Below, in pieces: positions 45,254-48,405 of a DNA stretch of 48,405 nt (positions are counted from its first letter, which is position 1; every line of letters begins with the position of its first letter). This DNA is from Thiohalospira sp. (GTDB taxonomy: Bacteria > Bacteroidota > Bacteroidia > Bacteroidales > UBA12077). Location: the NCBI GenBank assembly GCA_046538755.1, contig JBKHIH010000018.1:1-48405 (forward strand), written 5' to 3'. A program made the translations under genes and the position numbers. The notes beneath the pieces were generated by a model that was given only the letters and a program-made list of their open reading frames with translations, was not told where the DNA came from and searched no databases.

Positions 45254-47917
45254 ATGGCTAACGACAAAAAGAGAATTTATGAATTTGAGAACCAGGAATG
45301 GCTCGATTCATTTGAGTATATTATTAATAATGAAGAAGAATCAAGGCCTCAGGAGGTGCTTAAGTTGTTAAAAAACCTGGCATTTGAAAGAGGGGTTAAA
45401 TTAGAACCTACATTAAGTACACAATCGATAAATACCATTCCCAAATTTAAGGAAGTAGATTATCCCGGTGATCGTAAACTTGAGCGTAAAATAAAAAGTC
45501 TGATTCGCTGGAATGCTATGGCAATGGTGGTACAGGCTAATAAAAAGAAAGAGGGTATTGGCGGGCATATTTCAACGTATGCTTCAGCCGCCACATTATA
45601 TGAGGTGGGTTTTAATCATTTTTTTAAAGGTGGCGACGGAGATTCTCCCGCTGATATTATTTATTTTCAGGGCCATGCTTCTCCCGGAATTTATGCACGA
45701 TCGTTCCTTGAAGGAAGGATTTCTGAAGCTCAACTTGAAAATTTTAGGCGAGAATTAAATCCAAAAGGAGGACTATCATCTTATCCTCACCCCAGGCTCA
45801 TGAAAGAATACTGGCAGTTTCCTACTGTTTCAATGGGTATTGGCCCGATAACAGCCATTTACCAGGCGCGTTTTAATAAGTATTTGCAAGATAACGGATT
45901 ACTTAAAGATACAAATCAAAAAGTATGGGCTTTTCTTGGCGATGGTGAAATGGACGAACCTGAATCTATGGGAGCTTTAACATTGGCATCAAGAGAAGAG
46001 TTAGACAATTTAATATTTGTGATTAATTGTAATCTTCAACGTCTTGATGGGCCTGTGCGGGGTAATGGATCTGTAACTCAGGAGTTGGAAAGCGCTTTTC
46101 GCGGAGCGGGATGGAACGTGATCAAAGTAATTTTAGGATCAAGTTGGGATCCACTGTTGGAAAAGGACAAAAAGGGGTTACTTAAAAAACGATTAACAGA
46201 AGTGGTTGATGGGCAATTTCAAAAATATTCTATCGAAAAGGGCGGATACATCCGTAAAGAATTTTTTGGAAAATATAAGGAGCTTGAAGCACTGGTTGAA
46301 GATTTAAGTGATGATGAAATTGTAAAACTACGGCGTGGCGGACACGATCCACAAAAAGTTTTTAACGCATACAAAGCAGCGGTAGAAAATAAAGGAACAC
46401 CTACGGTAATTCTGGCTCAAACCGTTAAAGGCTATGGATTGGGAGAAGCTGGTGAAGGAAGAAATATTACACACCAGCAAAAAAAATTAAACGAAGATGA
46501 ATTGAAGCTCTTTCGCGATAGGTTCAATATTCCTGTATCTGATGAGGACTTAAAAGATGCTCCATTTTATAAACCCGGAGAAGATAGTGAAGAGATAAAA
46601 TACATTAAAGAAAGAAGAAAAGAATTGGGAGGTTATTTACCTAAACGAAATGCTAAAACTCCCGATTTTAAAATGCCCGATGAAGAGATTTTTAAAGAAT
46701 TTATGAAAGGTTCGGGAGAAAGAGATGTAGCTACAACAATGGTAGCCGTGCAACTTCTTTCAAAACTATTAAAAGATAAAAATATTGGTGATCTTATTGT
46801 TCCAATCGTACCAGATGAGTCAAGAACATTTGGAATGGATTCACTTTTCAGGCAGGTTGGTATTTATGCGCACAAAGGACAGCTTTACGAACCTGTTGAT
46901 AGAGAAAGCCTAATGTATTATAAAGAAGCAAAAGACGGGGCTATTCTTGAAGAAGGTATAACCGAAGCTGGTTCCATGTCTTCCTTTATAGCAGCAGGAA
47001 CCGCATATTCTACACATCAGATAAATACAATTCCATTTTTTATTTTTTATTCCATGTTTGGTTTTCAGCGAATTGGAGATTTTATTTGGGCTGCAGCAGA
47101 TGCCCGTGCAAAAGGTTTTATGCTGGGCGGAACTGCCGGACGAACAACATTGGCCGGTGAAGGGTTGCAGCATCAGGACGGACACAGCCATGTGTTGGCT
47201 TTATCTGTACCACATGTACAGGCTTATGATCCTGCCTTCGCTTACGAGGTTGCCGTAATTATCCGCGATGGAATGAAAAGAATGTATCTGGAGGGCGAAG
47301 ATATCTTTTATTATATTACTGTTATGAATGAAAAGTACCCAATGCCTTCTGTACCTCATCAAAAAGGAATTGAAGAGGGAATTATTAACGGAATGTATAA
47401 GTATAAACCGGCAAAAAGTAACAAACACAATGTTAATTTACTGGGTAGCGGTTCAATTTTGAACGAAGCACTAAAAGCTGCCGAAATACTGAAAAATGAT
47501 TATGATATTGATGCCGATGTGTGGAGTGTAACCAGTTACAAAAAACTCTACGACAATGCCGTTGAAACCGATCGTCAAAATCGGTTGAAAGAGCAAGATA
47601 AGAAAAGCTACATACAGGAATGTGTAGGATCTAAAAAAGGGCTTTTTGTTGCTGCCAGTGATTATATGAAAGTATTGCCATTATCTGTTTCAAATTGGTT
47701 TCCACAAGATTTTGTGGCATTAGGAACAGATGGATATGGTTTAAGTGAGCATCGCGATGAATTGCGTGAGTATTTTGAAGTGAATGCAAGCTATATTGTC
47801 TGGAGTACCTTAAATGGTCTGAAAAAACAGGGAAAAATTGATAAGGATTTGTTATCCAAAGCAAAGAAAAAACTTAAGATTAAAGTCAATAAAAAATCAC
47901 CAACCGATGTGGCATAA
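45254..47917 (+). CDS. aceE: Pyruvate dehydrogenase E1 component (homodimeric type)
   Basis: 887 aa with the AceE N-terminus (RIYEFENQEWLDSFEYI). ThDP-binding segment (GDGEMDEPES). Transketolase-like C-terminal domains. Confidence 0.9.
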   Translation: MANDKKRIYEFENQEWLDSFEYIINNEEESRPQEVLKLLKNLAFERGVKLEPTLSTQSINTIPKFKEVDYPGDRKLERKIKSLIRWNAMAMVVQANKKKEGIGGHISTYASAATLYEVGFNHFFKGGDGDSPADIIYFQGHASPGIYARSFLEGRISEAQLENFRRELNPKGGLSSYPHPRLMKEYWQFPTVSMGIGPITAIYQARFNKYLQDNGLLKDTNQKVWAFLGDGEMDEPESMGALTLASREELDNLIFVINCNLQRLDGPVRGNGSVTQELESAFRGAGWNVIKVILGSSWDPLLEKDKKGLLKKRLTEVVDGQFQKYSIEKGGYIRKEFFGKYKELEALVEDLSDDEIVKLRRGGHDPQKVFNAYKAAVENKGTPTVILAQTVKGYGLGEAGEGRNITHQQKKLNEDELKLFRDRFNIPVSDEDLKDAPFYKPGEDSEEIKYIKERRKELGGYLPKRNAKTPDFKMPDEEIFKEFMKGSGERDVATTMVAVQLLSKLLKDKNIGDLIVPIVPDESRTFGMDSLFRQVGIYAHKGQLYEPVDRESLMYYKEAKDGAILEEGITEAGSMSSFIAAGTAYSTHQINTIPFFIFYSMFGFQRIGDFIWAAADARAKGFMLGGTAGRTTLAGEGLQHQDGHSHVLALSVPHVQAYDPAFAYEVAVIIRDGMKRMYLEGEDIFYYITVMNEKYPMPSVPHQKGIEEGIINGMYKYKPAKSNKHNVNLLGSGSILNEALKAAEILKNDYDIDADVWSVTSYKKLYDNAVETDRQNRLKEQDKKSYIQECVGSKKGLFVAASDYMKVLPLSVSNWFPQDFVALGTDGYGLSEHRDELREYFEVNASYIVWSTLNGLKKQGKIDKDLLSKAKKKLKIKVNKKSPTDVA

Positions 47918-48009
47918 TTAAAGCATGGTTTAAATAAAAAATAGTTATACGATTCCCTGTCTGCTGAAAGGCAGGCAAATGACTTTAAAAACAATTAAAA
48001 AATAGATAC

Positions 48010-48405
48010 ATGAAAAAAGAAGTTAAGATTCCAGATATAGCAGAAAACGTTGAAACAGGAATTGTTGCCGGGATATTAGTTTCCGAGGGCGATAAAGTTT
48101 CAAAAGACCAACCGTTGGTAGAAATCGAAACCGATAAAGCAACTACCGATATTCCTTCTGATTACGATGGAATAGTAGATGAAATAAAAGTATCGCAGGG
48201 AGATGAAGTAAAGGTAAACGAAGTGATTATGATTATTGAAGTTAAAGAGTCCGGGAAAGGCGATGACGATTCTGCCGACCATGAAGAAGAAAAAGAAGTA
48301 GACGAGGCAAAAGAGAAACAAGAGAAAGCGAAAAAACAAGAAAAGGAAGAAGATGAATCTTTAAAAGAAACTAAACCGAAGAAAGAAGATGCTGAAGATC
48401 GAAAT
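48010..48405 (+). CDS. aceF: Dihydrolipoamide acetyltransferase E2 component of PDH, 3'-truncated by the window end
   Basis: Lipoyl domain (VKIPDIAENVETGIVAGILVSEGDKVSKDQPLVEIETDKATTDIPS) followed by a charged linker. It lies directly downstream of aceE, and the frame is still open at the window end. Confidence 0.8.
   Translation, partial: MKKEVKIPDIAENVETGIVAGILVSEGDKVSKDQPLVEIETDKATTDIPSDYDGIVDEIKVSQGDEVKVNEVIMIIEVKESGKGDDDSADHEEEKEVDEAKEKQEKAKKQEKEEDESLKETKPKKEDAEDRN

Noticed and set aside
47953-47977. CTGTCTGC-tgaaag-GCAGGCA hairpin after aceE, possibly a terminator
   Set aside because: The stem has a mismatch and no T-run follows. It is more likely a fragment of the CCTGCCTGC…GCAGGCAGG repeat motif than an independent terminator, so it is mentioned under the repeat-family finding instead.

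Overview
This is a low-GC, Bacteroidetes-like chromosomal segment. A T9SS C-terminal sorting domain, lipoprotein GH13 enzymes and a malP-pgmB-MFS operon all support that placement.

Content by region:
- 1-16.8 kb: a dense alpha-glucan (starch/maltodextrin) utilisation region. It holds five GH13 enzymes (one with a T9SS CTD), a GH65 maltose phosphorylase, beta-phosphoglucomutase, an MFS transporter, an ATP-PFK and a degenerate-GGDEF membrane protein.
- 17-26 kb: an M14 carboxypeptidase, a small ferredoxin, a COG1373/DUF4143 AAA+ ATPase, and a PAS hybrid histidine kinase followed by a sigma54-dependent response regulator.
- 26.1-27.9 kb: a compact Fe/Mn-SOD - ferritin-like cargo (EncFtn) - family-1 encapsulin shell operon.
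- 27.9-28.6 kb: immediately downstream of the encapsulin gene sits a ~170-bp element followed by a degraded pfkB-kinase pseudogene. A ~92%-identical copy of that element lies in inverted orientation at 41.15-41.29 kb, and each copy is in the same upstream position and orientation relative to its adjacent gene.
- 28.7-35.4 kb: a co-directional cluster of Pfk-2/FruK-type pfkB kinase, AAA_33 kinase, APH-fold kinase, a beta-PGM::trehalose-6-P-phosphatase fusion and a second GH65 phosphorylase. This is my best candidate for an undescribed pathway (UDP-glucose-independent disaccharide/trehalose synthesis, or novel alpha-glucoside-phosphate catabolism).
- 35.4-48.4 kb: a methyltransferase, a YceI remnant, a His-rich CopB-type Cu ATPase, a thioredoxin-fold protein, a TrkA-C channel-like protein, GpmA, a DUF2188-like protein, a CysJ-like diflavin reductase, a KamA-family radical-SAM enzyme, a rhodanese, PDH E1 and the start of E2.

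A family of complex palindromic repeats with a conserved core occupies two convergent-gene junctions (5.0 and 8.0 kb). No rRNA, tRNA or CRISPR array was detected.
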